A DNA stretch of 63,840 nucleotides, filler included, from Choristocarpus tenellus KU-1152 (GCA_964200185.2; 10 parts of 10 records of this genome joined end to end with filler, not necessarily neighbours in it), one strand, 5' to 3'; positions 12,548 through 25,734 are shown, numbered from the whole stretch's first letter. The notes: generated by a model from the letters alone, not told the origin. A program made the numbers and translations.

Positions 12548-12839
12548 ATTACCACTAATCACGAATAACCAAAGATCCACGTTACACGTGTGTTAGGGTT
12601 TAATAAAATACTAAATCTACTAAAAACCGTTCTTAGGGTTTTTATAAATACCAAGAACGCACTTTGTGGGTCTCACACGTTTCCAATTTTCAGAAACCCT
12701 AAGAAGTCTTTCCAATTGGTACCTACTATTTAATTAAATACTAAATCCGCTTTTTGGCATCTTTAGTATTTTAATAAACACAAATAAACACTAGAGACCA
12801 CAAAAAAGTGGATCTATGGTATTCACGGTTAGAGGTAAT
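12548..12839. mobile_element. MITE family C (AT-rich, ~33-bp TIR)
   Basis: attaccactaatcacgaataaccaaagatccac pairs with gtggatctatggtattcacggttagaggtaat (reverse complement attacctctaaccgtgaataccatagatccac). Confidence 0.65.
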
Positions 12840-13123
12840 CTTGTTTACCGTTGAACACCCAAAACACGTGTTTTTTCCAAAAGTAGAATGATATTCTAAT
12901 CTTTACACCAACAAATAAAAATACAAACCACATCCTTCATTGATCTAACACGTTTCAAACGTACGAAAGGAAAAGGTCGCAATTTTTTTTACTCTCTGTC
13001 TCTTTTCAATATGTAATCGTATGCTGTTCGATATACCTTTTTTCATGTAACACAATTAATTGTGAACAGAAAGAGAAATCGCCGAAACTCAAGAACCGCT
13101 TTTTGACGTCTCTAGTATTATTA

Positions 13124-13233
13124 GAGCCAAAGTATCTTAGAGGGTAGAGCCGCGTTCATTTGGGAGTCAAAATACAATGTTGTGATTTTGATGTAATTTT
13201 GGCTATCGTGTACCCTCTAAGATAGTTTCACTC
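13124..13233. mobile_element. MITE family A, internally deleted 110-bp copy (reverse orientation)
   Basis: Both TIRs are retained (gagccaaagtatcttagaggg ... taccctctaagatagtttcactc) and about 140 bp of interior is missing. Confidence 0.85.
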
Positions 13234-13668
13234 TTTAAGAATACAAATGTCCAACCATTTCAGATTTTGTATCTAAAAAAATTGGAGGGTGTCATTTTTT
13301 TCTTGACCTTTTGGTTTCTTGACATTGGAAACGTACAAGATCAATTAAGTATGTCCTACTACCACCTTCGGCATGGATTCCCATTCAAAAAGGGGCCCTT
13401 AAAAAGTACCGCAATATCTACAAAAAAAAAACATATCGGCACTTTTTCTGCACCATTTTCGGTCAAACCATCCTCAATATGCGCTCCATCCTCAATTTTT
13501 AAAATCCACTGTTAATTCCACAAACCAAAAATTAGTATTTTAACTGTTCAATAAGTAACTACTCAGTATTACTGTCACGGGCAAGGGGTGGGTCTTTATG
13601 GTGGATTCACAAACGCCATTATGAGGTTGTAGTCCTAAATTTTATATGTTGTCCTCGCTTGACTTTAA

Positions 13669-15398
13669 TTTCCTCCGTTCGGAATTAAATGTAACATCCC
13701 TTTTACAAGCTTCGTTCTCGCCTGGGAACAACCCACGTAAAAAACCTTACTTCTGGACGATGCTTAGTTCTTATATAATGTGGGAGGCATGCAATGTTAG
13801 AGATGGTGGGCTGTCATGACTGAGGGTTCAAAACCACGCGAAACTGTCAAAGTGGGTACTTATTGGGATGCCTAGGATGAAGGACTCCCGTCGTTCGAGT
13901 GGCTCATTCGTTCATCCTGTGGTCAGGCGTCAGTCCCAATTCTTTGGCCCAGAAGTCTGTCCTGGGTAAGGACTCAGATTCCCCGACAAAGGGTAGCATG
14001 GTGGCGGGATGCCCGAAGGTGAGAGTTGACGAGACTGCGATGCCTTGGGGGACAGCGCCGGTCATTGCGAAGGAGTTTGGAATTTCCCGAATCACTGTGT
14101 TCTGTCATCTGAAGGAGTATGGCAGTCAGATTGCATGGGGTGAATGCATGGATCTGGTACGATGTTGAAAGGGGCAATGTGGCCACCGTACAAGTACCCT
14201 CAATGTTTGGGATGTCCCATTGGTAAACCGCACATCCTTCTGTAAATCGGCAGCTGAAGCTGCGGTCTACGTTGCCTCCTTGTGGGATATGTGCGAGCAC
14301 GAGAAGGTGAAGAAGGTGAAGTGGTGGGTTAAGCCGGTCCTCTCAGACCAGCAGAAAGTCAACAGGTTGGGTTTCGTCATCAGCTACAGGCACAGGAGGG
14401 GGGGAAGTGGGGTATCAGTGGAAATCTATATTGACTGGGTGCATGTGAACAAGGAAGTGGTTTTACATCCTCAAAGATGGGCAAGGTGTGTACCTGCACC
14501 CCTCTGAGACCCCCCGAAAAGCCCACAGCCACAGAATAAGCATTACATTACGAAGGTGATGTTCATTGCAGCTGTGGCCCCTGCCCTAGGATGCTGTCCA
14601 TACGGGGCGTGGTTTGATGACAAAATCGGGATCTGACCAATCGCGGATTCTAATGTTGTTCAGTGCCCCAGCAAGCCTGACTCCGAGGGCACCAAGGTGC
14701 TTGTCCCAACCACGGCGGATGGGGAGAGGTATAAGAAACTCATGATCGAGGATACCATTCCGGCAATCAAGACCCGGATGCCCAGGCCAGAAGGATACAC
14801 CATCTTCGTGCAGCAGGACAGGGCAAAGCCACACATCAAGGTGGGGATCATGGAGGTAATTGAAGAGGCGGCGGGGGACAACATTGTCATAAAGAACCAG
14901 GCAGCCAACTCACCTCACCTCAACGTCAACGACCTAGGATTTTTCATTTCACTCAGCAACTGATGGAAGATGTGGGGGTGGCCAACACAGAGGAGCTGGT
15001 GCAGGCCACAATGGAGGTGTTCAATGTGTACCCCTGGGAAATACTAGAGAGCACGTCTGACAGAGCCTCTCCACAGTCTATGGTGAAGTGTTGAGGTCCA
15101 AGCGTGAGAACACCTTCAAAATTCCCCATCTTAGCAAGGAAAAGGGTGAGAAGAAGAAGGGCAAGCTCCCCTCAAATGCCCCGGTGGATGTGGCGAAATA
15201 CTGTGCTGGAATGGAGTTTTGGAGGGCTTAAGAGGCGGAATCATAGGTGTAGGCTGCCCCATTTTGCTTGAGGTTTTGGTGAGCAATCTTTTAGTGTCCG
15301 TACAATACACCCATCATAAAATATGAACACGTGAAAAAAAAATCTTGGTTCATTGGGGCTGCAAAATTTATCTTATATTTATTTCTGAACAGAGGAAG
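13669..15398 (+). mobile_element. Decayed plant-type (Soymar/DD39D-clade-like) mariner transposon
   Basis: TIRs tttcctccgttcggaattaaatgtaaca and reverse-complemented cttcctctgttcagaaataaatataaga match at 22/28. They are Stowaway-like (CTCCCTCCGT type), and the right end is followed by TA. Confidence 0.85.
13868..15230 (+). pseudogene. Mariner DDD transposase pseudogene
   Basis: Motifs KPVLSDQQKVNRL, WVHVNKKWFY, KHYITKVMFIAAVA, WFDDKIGI, IFVQQDRAKPH and QAANSPHLNVNDLGFF are split by frameshifts and stops. The first catalytic Asp is mutated. Confidence 0.9.
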
Positions 15399-15400
15399 TA

Positions 15401-16490
15401 CGTAACAATATTTAAATCTAGCTTGATGTGTACCCATTGTCAAGCCTTGAAAGACTAGCTAGCTGTGGTATGAGAATTGCTCATTGCTGGTATAAAATAC
15501 TACAGCAGCACCAATTTTGAAACCTTAAAGGATGAGCCTTAATGCTGGAGTTGTTAATTTCTAGTGGGATGTTCCAATTTTGTAGTCACCGCAAATAAGC
15601 TACAGTTCAATGAAATATTTAAATCTATGTTCAGAATGAAAGCATCTTAGAGGGTACGAGTTTTGCCCTGTTTGTCCATTTAGGGCTTGGCTTCCCACAG
15701 GTGTTTTATGACATTTTTCTACTCCGATATGTTTCGTAGTAGGTAAAATGTGTACGTTATGAAAAGGTGTGTCCATAACAAGGATATTGACACTTCTAAC
15801 AAACACGATAGCCAAAACTACATCAAAATCGGAACACTTGATTATTGCCCACGAACAGACACGGTTCTACCCTCTAAGATACTTTGACTCTCATGTGCGT
15901 AGTATCTAACTTAAAAAAACCCTAGTAAGTATGAGAGTCGTTCACTTCTGGTGTGATGTATCCTTTTTGTAATCACTAAAAATGAGTCGCAATAGAATAT
16001 ATTCGTTTAGTACTATGGCGTACCTAATATCTAACCTTCAAAGACTAGCTACATTTCGAGAGTTGTTAATTTCTGGCGTGATGTACCCGTTGTCTTACTT
16101 TCAAAAACTACCTTCATTACAAGAAGTCCTTATTTCTCGTGTGAATAAGGACCAATTCTGTAACCACTGTGAATAAGCTACAATTCAATATCTATATATA
16201 CTCTCATCTACGGTGATGCAGCTATAATCTAAACTTAATAGAATAGCTCCGATACAATAGTTTTTCTTTTCTGGGGTGATGCACCACTATTGCAGCCACC
16301 ACGAGAAAGCTACGTTTCAGTGTTCATTTAAGTCTACCCCGAGGTACCTATTCTAAAGTTCAACGAATAGCTACATTACAAGAGATGATCATTTCTAGTG
16401 TGTGATGTTCCTACTACTTTTTAACAGCCAAAGAAGTGCTACACGACAACATAATATATATATATATATATGTATTTTCTAACTTCCAAA
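15401..16490 (+). repeat. Degenerate ~63-bp tandem array with LRR-like coding pattern (pseudogenic)
   Basis: Recurring tagctaca..caagag...tt.atttctggtgtgatgta. Units translate as LQRLATFRELLISGVMYPLSY, FQKLPSLQEVLISRV, KLNRIAPIQ*FFFSGVM and KVQRIATLQEMIISSV. The array is interrupted by a MITE A copy. Confidence 0.55.
15634..15890. mobile_element. MITE family A, copy 3
   Basis: Full TIRs, flanked by a tca/tca 3-bp duplication. Confidence 0.9.
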
Positions 16491-16805
16491 GAGAGGCACA
16501 CACACATGATATCAAGCAACCATCGTTATTGTCACTACCATTCAATACTTTCAAGTATATATGACCTGATCCGACGACGTAGAACATAGGCCCCCACAAG
16601 ACCCACTTCAGCATCTCCACGACCATAGCAGGGCCGCAAACAAGGAACAACACCTAGGGCCACCAAAACACTACAAAACACGAATCACAACATGTCACGT
16701 ATCCCCCTCTCCTTGCATCCATCTAGCTCTCAATACCCACGCTCCTCACATACATGTGTCCACACACACACACACACACACAACCCCCCCCCGAACACTC
16801 TACCA

Positions 16806-17318
16806 CTAGGTGCGGCCTCGGCCCTGGCCTTGTCCCCGCCCCTGACCTTGGTGGCTCCTGCCCCGCCCTGCCCTCACCCCTCTCCCCTTCCGATTCTTAA
16901 CCGCATCCTTGTACTTGCGTTTGAAATCATGAGTGAGTCCCTTCCGATCCTTCACCCACGCGGCTTCCACATCCTCTCGGGTACCCGCTCGTACAAACAA
17001 CTCCGCCACGCTAGCCGTATCACCCAACGGACGCCACAGTCCGACAACAACCGTCTGACCCTCTCCGTTATCGTTCAACGCTTCACCGCTGCTTCCAACG
17101 CTCAATTCACTTGGCGCCGCCCCCCCTCCCGTTCCCGTTCCCGCGACGTCGACGCCAGACGTGGCAACGCTTGTGGTGGCGCTGCTGGTTCCCCCCCTCG
17201 GAACAACAACTTCATCACTCCCATCCAACACCTCTCCCTTCCCCACCCCCCCCCCGCTAATCTCATTGCCGGCCCCCCCGCCGCCGTCAACCCAACCAGC
17301 CCCCGCCGCACCCGCAGC
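16806..17318 (-). CDS. NOL8/Nop8-like nucleolar protein, C-terminal exon (5' lost at gap)
   Basis: GC-rich frame open from the gap to TAG. LFVRAGTREDVEAAWVKDRKGLTHDFKRKYKDAVKNRK resembles the NOL8 C-terminal F.R...W...L..D.+KK.KDA motif and is followed by an RG-rich tail. Confidence 0.6.
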   Translation of the reverse strand, partial: AAGAAGAGWVDGGGGAGNEISGGGVGKGEVLDGSDEVVVPRGGTSSATTSVATSGVDVAGTGTGGGAAPSELSVGSSGEALNDNGEGQTVVVGLWRPLGDTASVAELFVRAGTREDVEAAWVKDRKGLTHDFKRKYKDAVKNRKGRGVRAGRGRSHQGQGRGQGQGRGRT

Positions 17319-19053
17319 NNNNNNNNNNNNNNNNNNNNNNNNNNNNNNNNNNNNNNNNNNNNTTAATTAATTAANNNNNNNNNNNNNNNNNNNNNNNNNN
17401 NNNNNNNNNNNNNNNNNNGTCATGGTTGATGTTTTATTGAAGATAATCCTTGTACTTCAGATAGTTGAAGATATCGTCAGACCCCCCCAACCCCCCCCCC
17501 CCTCCCTTCTATCACTAACTTCTATCTGTAAATCTACCATTTCTCCAAAAAAACATCATTGAGGGTATGGCTTGTCCAGTATGTGAATTTTTTATGCTGT
17601 CTGGCAAGGCTTTGACCTGTGATGCCTTCGTTAATTCCTCAGTATTTTAGATACACCTCCTGTTCACCTTGAACGTCAAAGTTACGCACAGACCCCACAG
17701 CCACACATGTATGTTCGGCTTAGTCATAAAATTTCTCACAGGCACACACAAACTCCCCTCTCGCATAACCCACCCCCAGACGGATCAAGGCAAATCGTAA
17801 CCAAGAGGGCGACATAAGGTTGGACGAGAACAAATGAAGGGTAAGTACATTCCAGACGGGGGGGAATCCAAAAGCAATCCCTTGGTGATTGGTTGCTCCA
17901 CCTTCGAAATCGGACTCTTCAAGAGAACCCACAAGAGTCTGTCGGTCTGAAGATCCTCAATTATGGATTGTGGAACGTGGAACCAAGGTTCTGGGGAAAG
18001 AACACCGAGCAGTACGACGATATGTATGGTACGGCAATGAACTGAGTGATAAAGGACAACCCTCCTTTCCACATACTCTGAAAGTACGTTTTACCCTTCC
18101 CTCCTTCTATTGCTCAAGTATCATGGCTGCTTAGTGGCGGATGTTCTTGTACTCTTTTCATCCCGCACAACCCCTACAGATCTACCTAAGAACTTCTCCA
18201 TTGCTGTTCCTTCCCTCCTGGGGATGCTGGAGCATAATGAGTACTAACTGGTGGAGCTTCCCTCTTTTTTTCTACCCCCCCCTGTTACCCGCTCATATCA
18301 TGAGCTAAAGTAAACGAAATGTACCCAGGTTTTGGCCGCTTTGCATTTTAAAGTATATTTCCCGATCTTTGGCAGTTCACCCATATTTCTATGGATGAAG
18401 TTCTAAGCTTGACTTGAAAGCTTTTACTTCTATATTGTTTTTAACTTTTCCGACATAAATTCAGAAAATATCCCATACTTTGTAAAAAACAAATTACATA
18501 CATGTTTGTCATTATCCTTAAAATTGTAGCTCTGGGTACCTCTCGTTTACTTTGACTCATTGGGCCCTGCAGTAGTTCTTCTTCCTAGTCATAGAATATT
18601 GGCAGTGGTCCATTCCAGTTGTTGCAAGTGAGACACAGAAGTGCTTAACAGGGATATCATTCAACAGCACCGTTGCAACTGGTTCATCAGAGTACATGTT
18701 AATTATCTTTGTGTATGAGATTCTGTTGGCAAAATGTAAAGAACAAATGCAACATGACATGTGGGGACCAAGCACACGAGAGGATGTTGCGAGGAATACC
18801 CAGGGAAGAGAAGGAGAATCTTCGCCACATGTAAGTTTGAGGTACATTGATGAACACGGCAACACAAATAGAACGCACGCCACACTCCCACGTCGGCTCC
18901 TTGGGTCCCAAAGCTCCAACCAACCTTTTCGATGTGCTAGAGAGTTCGATGAACGGAAGTCTTTATCCCCATGCTCCCACATACGGGTTGAACAACCACC
19001 CTCATGTTGTCTTGTTTGAGTGGCGGAAAGCAGGTTGCAAAAAAAGTAATTTT

Positions 19054-19323
19054 GAGTGAAAGTATCTCAGAGTGTATGAGTTTTCCCTTTTTTGTCCGTT
19101 TGGGGCTTGGCTTCCCATTTTTTTTTAAATTACATTTTCTTACTCCGAAATTTTTGGGAGTAGGTAAAATGTGTACGTTTTAAGGCAGGTATCATGTATA
19201 CGACTGAAACAAGGATATTGATACTTCCAAACAAACGCAATAGCAAAAAATAAATTCAAAATCGCAACATTATATTTTGGCCCCCAAAAAGACGCGGCTG
19301 TACCCTCTAAGATGCTTTGACTC
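19054..19323. mobile_element. MITE family A, copy 4
   Basis: Full TIRs, flanked by tttt/tttt. Confidence 0.9.
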
Positions 19324-22300
19324 TTTTCGTTGGTAAAATTGCCAGCAACCTACTTTCTGGCACGTCCTGAGGGACCTTGTCTCGATGGGGGCGGTAATGA
19401 GTACAAACAGAGCAGCAAACAGTGCCAGACTGTTAATGAACACTTGTCCCCAAAGCTACGGAGTAAAATCAAGTCAAGTATCCGCAAGGGATACTCGTTT
19501 GCCCCATGTGTAGCATCGGGTGCAAGCAAAGGCGTGTTTGTAGCACTATTATGAAAATATTTTAGAGGACACAAAATGTTTCGGCGACTGGTGGTTCTAT
19601 TCTTCCACGGCTTTAAGTTTCTTACCTCCATTTTTTTTGCTTTGAGTCTGAGGACTGCACTACTTCTCATGCTAACTACTACTGTACTACTGCAACTACC
19701 TGTTGCAATACGACTGATTGTACTGCCTCTATTCGTGCCTACCTTCTCGCGCGGATTGGGTTCAACTATCCCACCGCTCGCCATTCTGTCTCCTCTCTTG
19801 AATCTTGTGCTGCACGGCCTTGCCTTCACGCACCAATGACGCCTGGTCATCTTGTGTCAACAGATACATCACACATCAAGGGAGTTGTTGACGTATCACT
19901 TCTAGTTGAAGCTCACCTTGTCCGGCGGCTCAATGTAGGAGAAATATGTCATGGATTTACCCTGGGCAGCCTTGTCGGAGGCATGTTCTCCATCCCCAGT
20001 GGGTGCCCAAGGTTGCAAAGTATCTTCTTCTGGGTGTTCTTGTCAGGCGATCAACGTGGTGTTGGACCTTCATCACAGGTTAGGTGTCAGGGTGGTGGAG
20101 CCCAGTGAACTCCCTTTCAGCAGGCTTATGATGGTTGTGACATCATATCGCATATCCTGTGAGATGTGCCTTGTACAGCACTTCAGTCATTCTGCCGTGA
20201 GACAAGAACGAATGTCCTCCCAACGCATGCTCTCAGGGTTGGGTAAGGAGGCCCCATCTCCATCACTCTTGCATTCACCCTTGGGGTCACTGTCCTGGAT
20301 GTCCTCGAGGTTTTCGTGTGAACCTCTCCTACATTCCTGACAGCCAACTCTCCCTCAGTTCCACAGCAGCTGTTGTTGCTAAGCTCATTGTATCTTCACT
20401 TGCTTGTGTAAATATCCTCCTCCTCGGCTCCTAAGCTGTGTGATTTCGCAGGGTACTGGACACTTGATATGGCTGGAAATGGGAGTAGACGAGAGAAGAA
20501 CAAAATGCCAACAATAATGTAAGAATTGGTAAAAGAAGAAAGACAGAGTCAAAGCCGGCGGAGAAGAAAACTGAGGAGCGAGAAACGTACTTACCACCCG
20601 TTTTTGTGTTCTTGTTGCAGCATGCCAGGGTCTCCTTACAATCTTTCTTCCATAAATAGTCGAGACAGGTTTCCCTTTTTTTGTTGCTGTCATTTGGTAG
20701 GTGCTTGCTTCTCTTGGGTCTTAGTTCATGCTTCGTTGTGTGTCATCTACTGCCGTCATGTATATCCTTCTCGCCAATTTATCGCACCTTTGCAGAGCTG
20801 TCCGTCCCCAATTTTCCACCACCTGTGTGAACGACAGCTGCACTAGTTCCATTGCTTTCAACCAGTTATGCATGGCATACTATGCATTCTCCTCCATTGG
20901 GCACAATGTTAGGTAAGACCCATCAAGAGATACACGCAATTGTGCCTGGAAGTATGATGGTTATTGACTGAAAATTCTACAAGAAACGAAGCAGTCCCAG
21001 CACTCCTACTACTACTGATACAGGCGAATAGTACGAGTATTTCTTCCCCCGATCTAACAAGCTCGAGCAGTATACACACGTAGGGATTCTTACAAAGATG
21101 AAGTCTGAGTTGCTAGAAGATGCAGAGTAAGATTTGTAACGCGCATCGAACCTTACAGAAAAGAACGCCAATTTTCTAGAAGTTGTAGGATAAGATTTGT
21201 AATTTGAGTATCTATACAACAGTTAGTTTGGAGATGTCTTTTAACTTCTAGATTATTGGAAACGGTGAAGGATGTTATTAGAAGGAATGTCTCATCAACC
21301 TCGTGATTCACTTCTTGAAAATCGATAAACAATACATTGACCGACACCAAGCAAGTGGCTATCAATCGAAAGAAGTACCGTTGTTCAGCTAACCAGACAT
21401 GCGTTGGACTCCCTTGACTGTTGGAGTATCCTGGGGGACTTGAACGAACGTTAGTATCGTTTGTAGGTCTGTGGATTGGAGCTATGTATCCTGTGGAGGT
21501 AAGCTTCTGGAGTGTGCTGTAGCACTACTAGCAGTACTGAGGTCTTCTATCTTCTAGTCCCTACGTCTTGACTGAGCGACACTTGATAATCCTTCTTGTA
21601 CTTGAAGCGAAAATGAGATTTCACCTCTTGTCAGCAGGGAGGGACAGAGTAGTATCCAATAAACGTACTAATTATATTATAGTAAGGCGTATGTACAATC
21701 AATGATGCTCCTTCTCACAAAAATATAAACAACCGAAACCAGATTTCGGTGATAGAAATTCAGTCATTGGAGGTATTCGACCCTGCGAAATTGAAGTGGA
21801 TATCTACTGTCTTTAACATTAAATTATAATATGACACTCTTTACAAAGCTGTTTAATTGAACCGATGTCCAATGAAGTACCAATCTTGGGGTAATTTTCT
21901 TTTCGGTCTTGTTTTAGGAAGAAAATCGATCACAACAAAAATTAGCCTACCTATATTGTAATTTGGTCGATTGTGTGTCACCCATTTTTTGTTCTGGTCA
22001 ATTTTCTTCCTAAAAACGATATTGATTTTTTTTCATCAAGATTGTTCCCTGAAAAGAGATAGGTGTAAACGAGAAGTCACAAAATAATAAAAAAATCAGA
22101 CACCAACACAACTGACCAATTACGTGTGTGAAAAATATTGAAGTTGAACGAGATTGTTGTTGTTTGAAGTTTTAGATCAAAGAGTGATGATATATATAAT
22201 ATTATATACATAATGTATTACATAAGGAAACTTACCTAAATATATCATCCTTGTATGTCCTATCAATATTCTGAAGTATTTTAGAAAGTATAAATTTGTC

Positions 22301-24073
22301 GAGGTGAATGTTTGTGAAATTACGTTGAAGTCCCAGTTAAATTGATTTGATTTAAGGCAGGTTGGGATACCGAACTCGTTGTGTGGTCTTTCATACTTGT
22401 ATGTAATATTTGTGTTGTGGATGTAGGACCGTACAACTCGATGATCTCCCGCATTTGTAGAATATACAGGTTATGTATCTGTTGTTGAGGTAGGGCCATC
22501 ACGAACTCCACCTTTCTTTGTACGGACGTGTACCCATACATGTGGGGTACAGGTACTGATTTGATACAAATGCAAGGCAATCGTACAAGTACATAGATTT
22601 GTGATATGTGATGGTTACGATATCTATCTACAAAATGTGAAGAGGCATAATAATATGTAATGGCTAGGACAATCTTAGTAGTAACATAATAACAATGTTG
22701 AAGCAGGGCAGACCTCCTTATCATACATAAGATCTTAGGACACGGCAGGATACAACCACAAAACAAAGACCTTGACACCACCACCCAAATTGCCACCAAT
22801 CCTGAGAAACCACGGCTGGATCAGGGATGTCAGAAATGCGACATTCCATGTAGTTGTAATGAGATTGAACAATAAAGGTCCAGATACATCCTAAACCACT
22901 GTCCAAGGGCATTGAAAACAAATTCTTACTCGATACGCGATTTGCGGAAAAACGATGATAGGAAGCAACGCGAACGGTGCAAACTAGATCTCTATTATTA
23001 TATGGATCTTCAATCGGTACAATTTAGAATTGAAATAATTGAGGATACGTATGATAAATTGGCATCAGAAACCTGTCATTGCCACAGTGCTGCACACTGT
23101 TCCATAAGGAAATAAGGAAAGTCAAATATTGAAAATTAGCGATGGAAGATATGCCGTCTGGAACTTGAAACTTGAAACACAAGCGTTGGAAGAGCTTATT
23201 AAAAATAACTCTTACACAGACGAGATGGTGTCAACTTAGGGGCAGGATTGCATTCTGCTTTTGGCTCACCTCCACACAAAACCATAATTGTCATTGTCTG
23301 CATGGATAGGAGCTATGCCGGCTAACTTGTTCATCGTTCAGTTCCCTCGGACCGTCTTTGCGCAGACTATCTTGGTGAGGCGTAAGACCCACCGCAAGAG
23401 GCCAAGCTGGGCCAAAAGCTTCGTCAAGTACCCAGAGAGGTGTGTCGTTGGCCATTTGATTCTTGAACTCTCATGGTTGCTGCAACTACTCATGATGCGC
23501 CCTTGATGATGCTGCACATGTGGAGTCCACCATGCAGTCTCTCTCTACCTCTGCCTGTTGCCTGTCTGACATGGCTATTGCAGGACTCCTCTAACCCATC
23601 CATACCAGGCAAAAACGGGATGTGATGATCGTGCCCACAAATCGATCTGCCTGATTTTAGAGATCAAAGTACATTCCCACATTTTTTGCGCCGAGACGGT
23701 ACTCTCCTCATGAGGGCACTGTTAAAATTTCGTGCTGGAGATCTTGAAGCGGTACTCACCCACGCTTATTTACAGAGAGGCGTAATACAGAGCACACATT
23801 GCACAGAGGTTTGTGGAGGTAGGTTGATGTATATCCATCGTTTGGATCGAGATCTTAAAACTATTTAGTATTATTCAGTATTATGTGAAGATCTCCACAT
23901 TCATGATACGATAGTTCTTGCACCAATGGTCACACTGGGGTTAACCAAGACAAACTCTATGTCATCATAGCAACATTCGTTACCTCGGTGTTGCACCATG
24001 CAGTCGTTATTAATAACCCCGGTAGTGAAAATGGTTCAATTACGTACTGTGTAACTTTCTGAACAGAAAAAGC

Positions 24074-25190
24074 ATGCAACGATTAGTGGTGATCGAGCAC
24101 AACTTCTCCCCCCAAAACTCCGTCCGACACCAATTGCTGTCTGCGCTTGCCCTCCTTGTTTTGGTTTCGCTGTCCCTCTGTGGTGAGTTACTACAAGGCA
24201 TAGGACTCCGAGCGTCGTCAAAATACGGTCAAATTGACTTATTTTAGCCAAAAGAGTAAAAATCAATTCAACTCTAAAATTGAATGCGTTTGCCAATAGG
24301 AGAGACCTAAGCATAGTACGTTTCCTATTGAATGTTGACATATCCTGTCCTTTAAATCGCAGAGGTCTCACGTCGAGGTCCAAGCCTAGCGATGCAGGGA
24401 ACTCCTCCTCCAATGGCCTCACTGCCACCATCTCCACGTCCTCGTCGACAAGTGACGTAGTCTGCAGCAACGAGGCACTGCGACAAGGTAATATCGAGGA
24501 CAGATCCGTACCCATGTCCAAGGAAGACGACAAGACTAAGATCGAGCCCAAGTGAGTAGGTGGAGGATGAGAGATCATAAGATCACTTGAATCGGATTAA
24601 GGCACCACCAATCGCAATATGCACGACTGTGAACTACCTAACATCAATCATCCTTCATCCTTCCAGTTTTTCCGTTTGTTCGAAAAATTGTAATTTACTA
24701 CTGAACTCAGAATATCGTGTCTTTGATGATGGGTCACCAGTGCCAATGCAAAATGCATTGCTCTGCTGTTCGAAGGAGAAGAGATGAATAAGCGAGGAGG
24801 GAATGATACTTGGTGCTCCATGTATTTTTATCATCTTCTCTTAGAACATGAGGACAGCTTACAGGAGTGTTATTCCTTCCATCCCACCACTTGCCCTTCC
24901 AATTTTAGCTTCAACTTCCCCAACACCACAAGCCCTGCTGCACTTGATCCTGATCCTCGTCATTTGGTACTTGAAGGACAATTGTTGAAAATTTTGTCCA
25001 GTACTAGGGTCGTTGTTGACACTCTGCCCTCCCCTCATTATATTTGGCACTGTCCGCTGCTGTGGTGTGACTCTTATTGGGGGAAAATGGTTTGACTGAT
25101 CGGATACACCCCGTCCTGACGATTCTCAAATCGACCAGAAAAAACATAAAAACAGAGCTCTCTTCAAAGTCCAGTGACATGAGTGACCAG
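24074..25190 (+). CDS. Putative 5' exons with hydrophobic N-terminus; may or may not belong to the gene after the gap
   Basis: Exons 24074-24182 (MQRL...LLSALALLVLVSLSLC|gtgagt), 24365-24551 (|gtgagt) and 25139-25190 (cag|gtgaga) join in phase. Exon 2 needs the distal AG of CAGAG. Confidence 0.35.
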
Positions 25191-25446
25191 GTGAGAAGAC
25201 GTCGAACATCTTCCTTGAACTATACCTCTCTCATCACCTATCTTCACCTCTTTCCAAACAACTGGGTAATTACAACAATTTTTAACTTCTAAAGAGTTCA
25301 CTACTGTGTGTGAAGGTATTGGGCTTTCCACTGAGCTGCTTTTCTGTGTTTTTATGCATGAGTTGCCATTATCCCAACAGTGATACATAAATTACGTTTT
25401 TCTTTTTACCTCTGCTTTGCCAGCCCTATCAAAGTCAATCCTTACC

Positions 25447-25734
25447 GGGTCGAAGTATCTGGGGGGGGGNNNNNNNNNNNNNNNNNNNNNNNNNNNNNNN
25501 NNNNNNNNNNNNNTTAATTAATTAANNNNNNNNNNNNNNNNNNNNNNNNNNNNNNNNNNNNNNNNNNNNTAGTTGGGGGGGGGGGGGCGTCTATACCGGG
25601 GTGTCCATTTGGGTGAAAATAAGGAAAAGTGCACTTGCATTATCCATACAACGTATGCAACCAAATCACCAAAAAATGCGATATGAAAAATTGACCCCAA
25701 ATGGACAGCCGCCACCCCCCAGATACTTTGAGCC
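25447..25734. mobile_element. MITE family B, halves on both sides of a gap
   Basis: gggtcgaagtatct plus G-tract before the gap. After the gap come a G-tract, the full interior, CCCCAAATGGACAGCCGCC and agatactttgagcc. Confidence 0.8.

Noticed and set aside
17720-19020. Coding-like stretches with donor sites
   Set aside because: They contain in-frame stops, give no consistent exon chain and show no recognisable motif.
22320-23590. Possible integrase/transposase remnants
   Set aside because: The motif resemblance is too weak to name a family.
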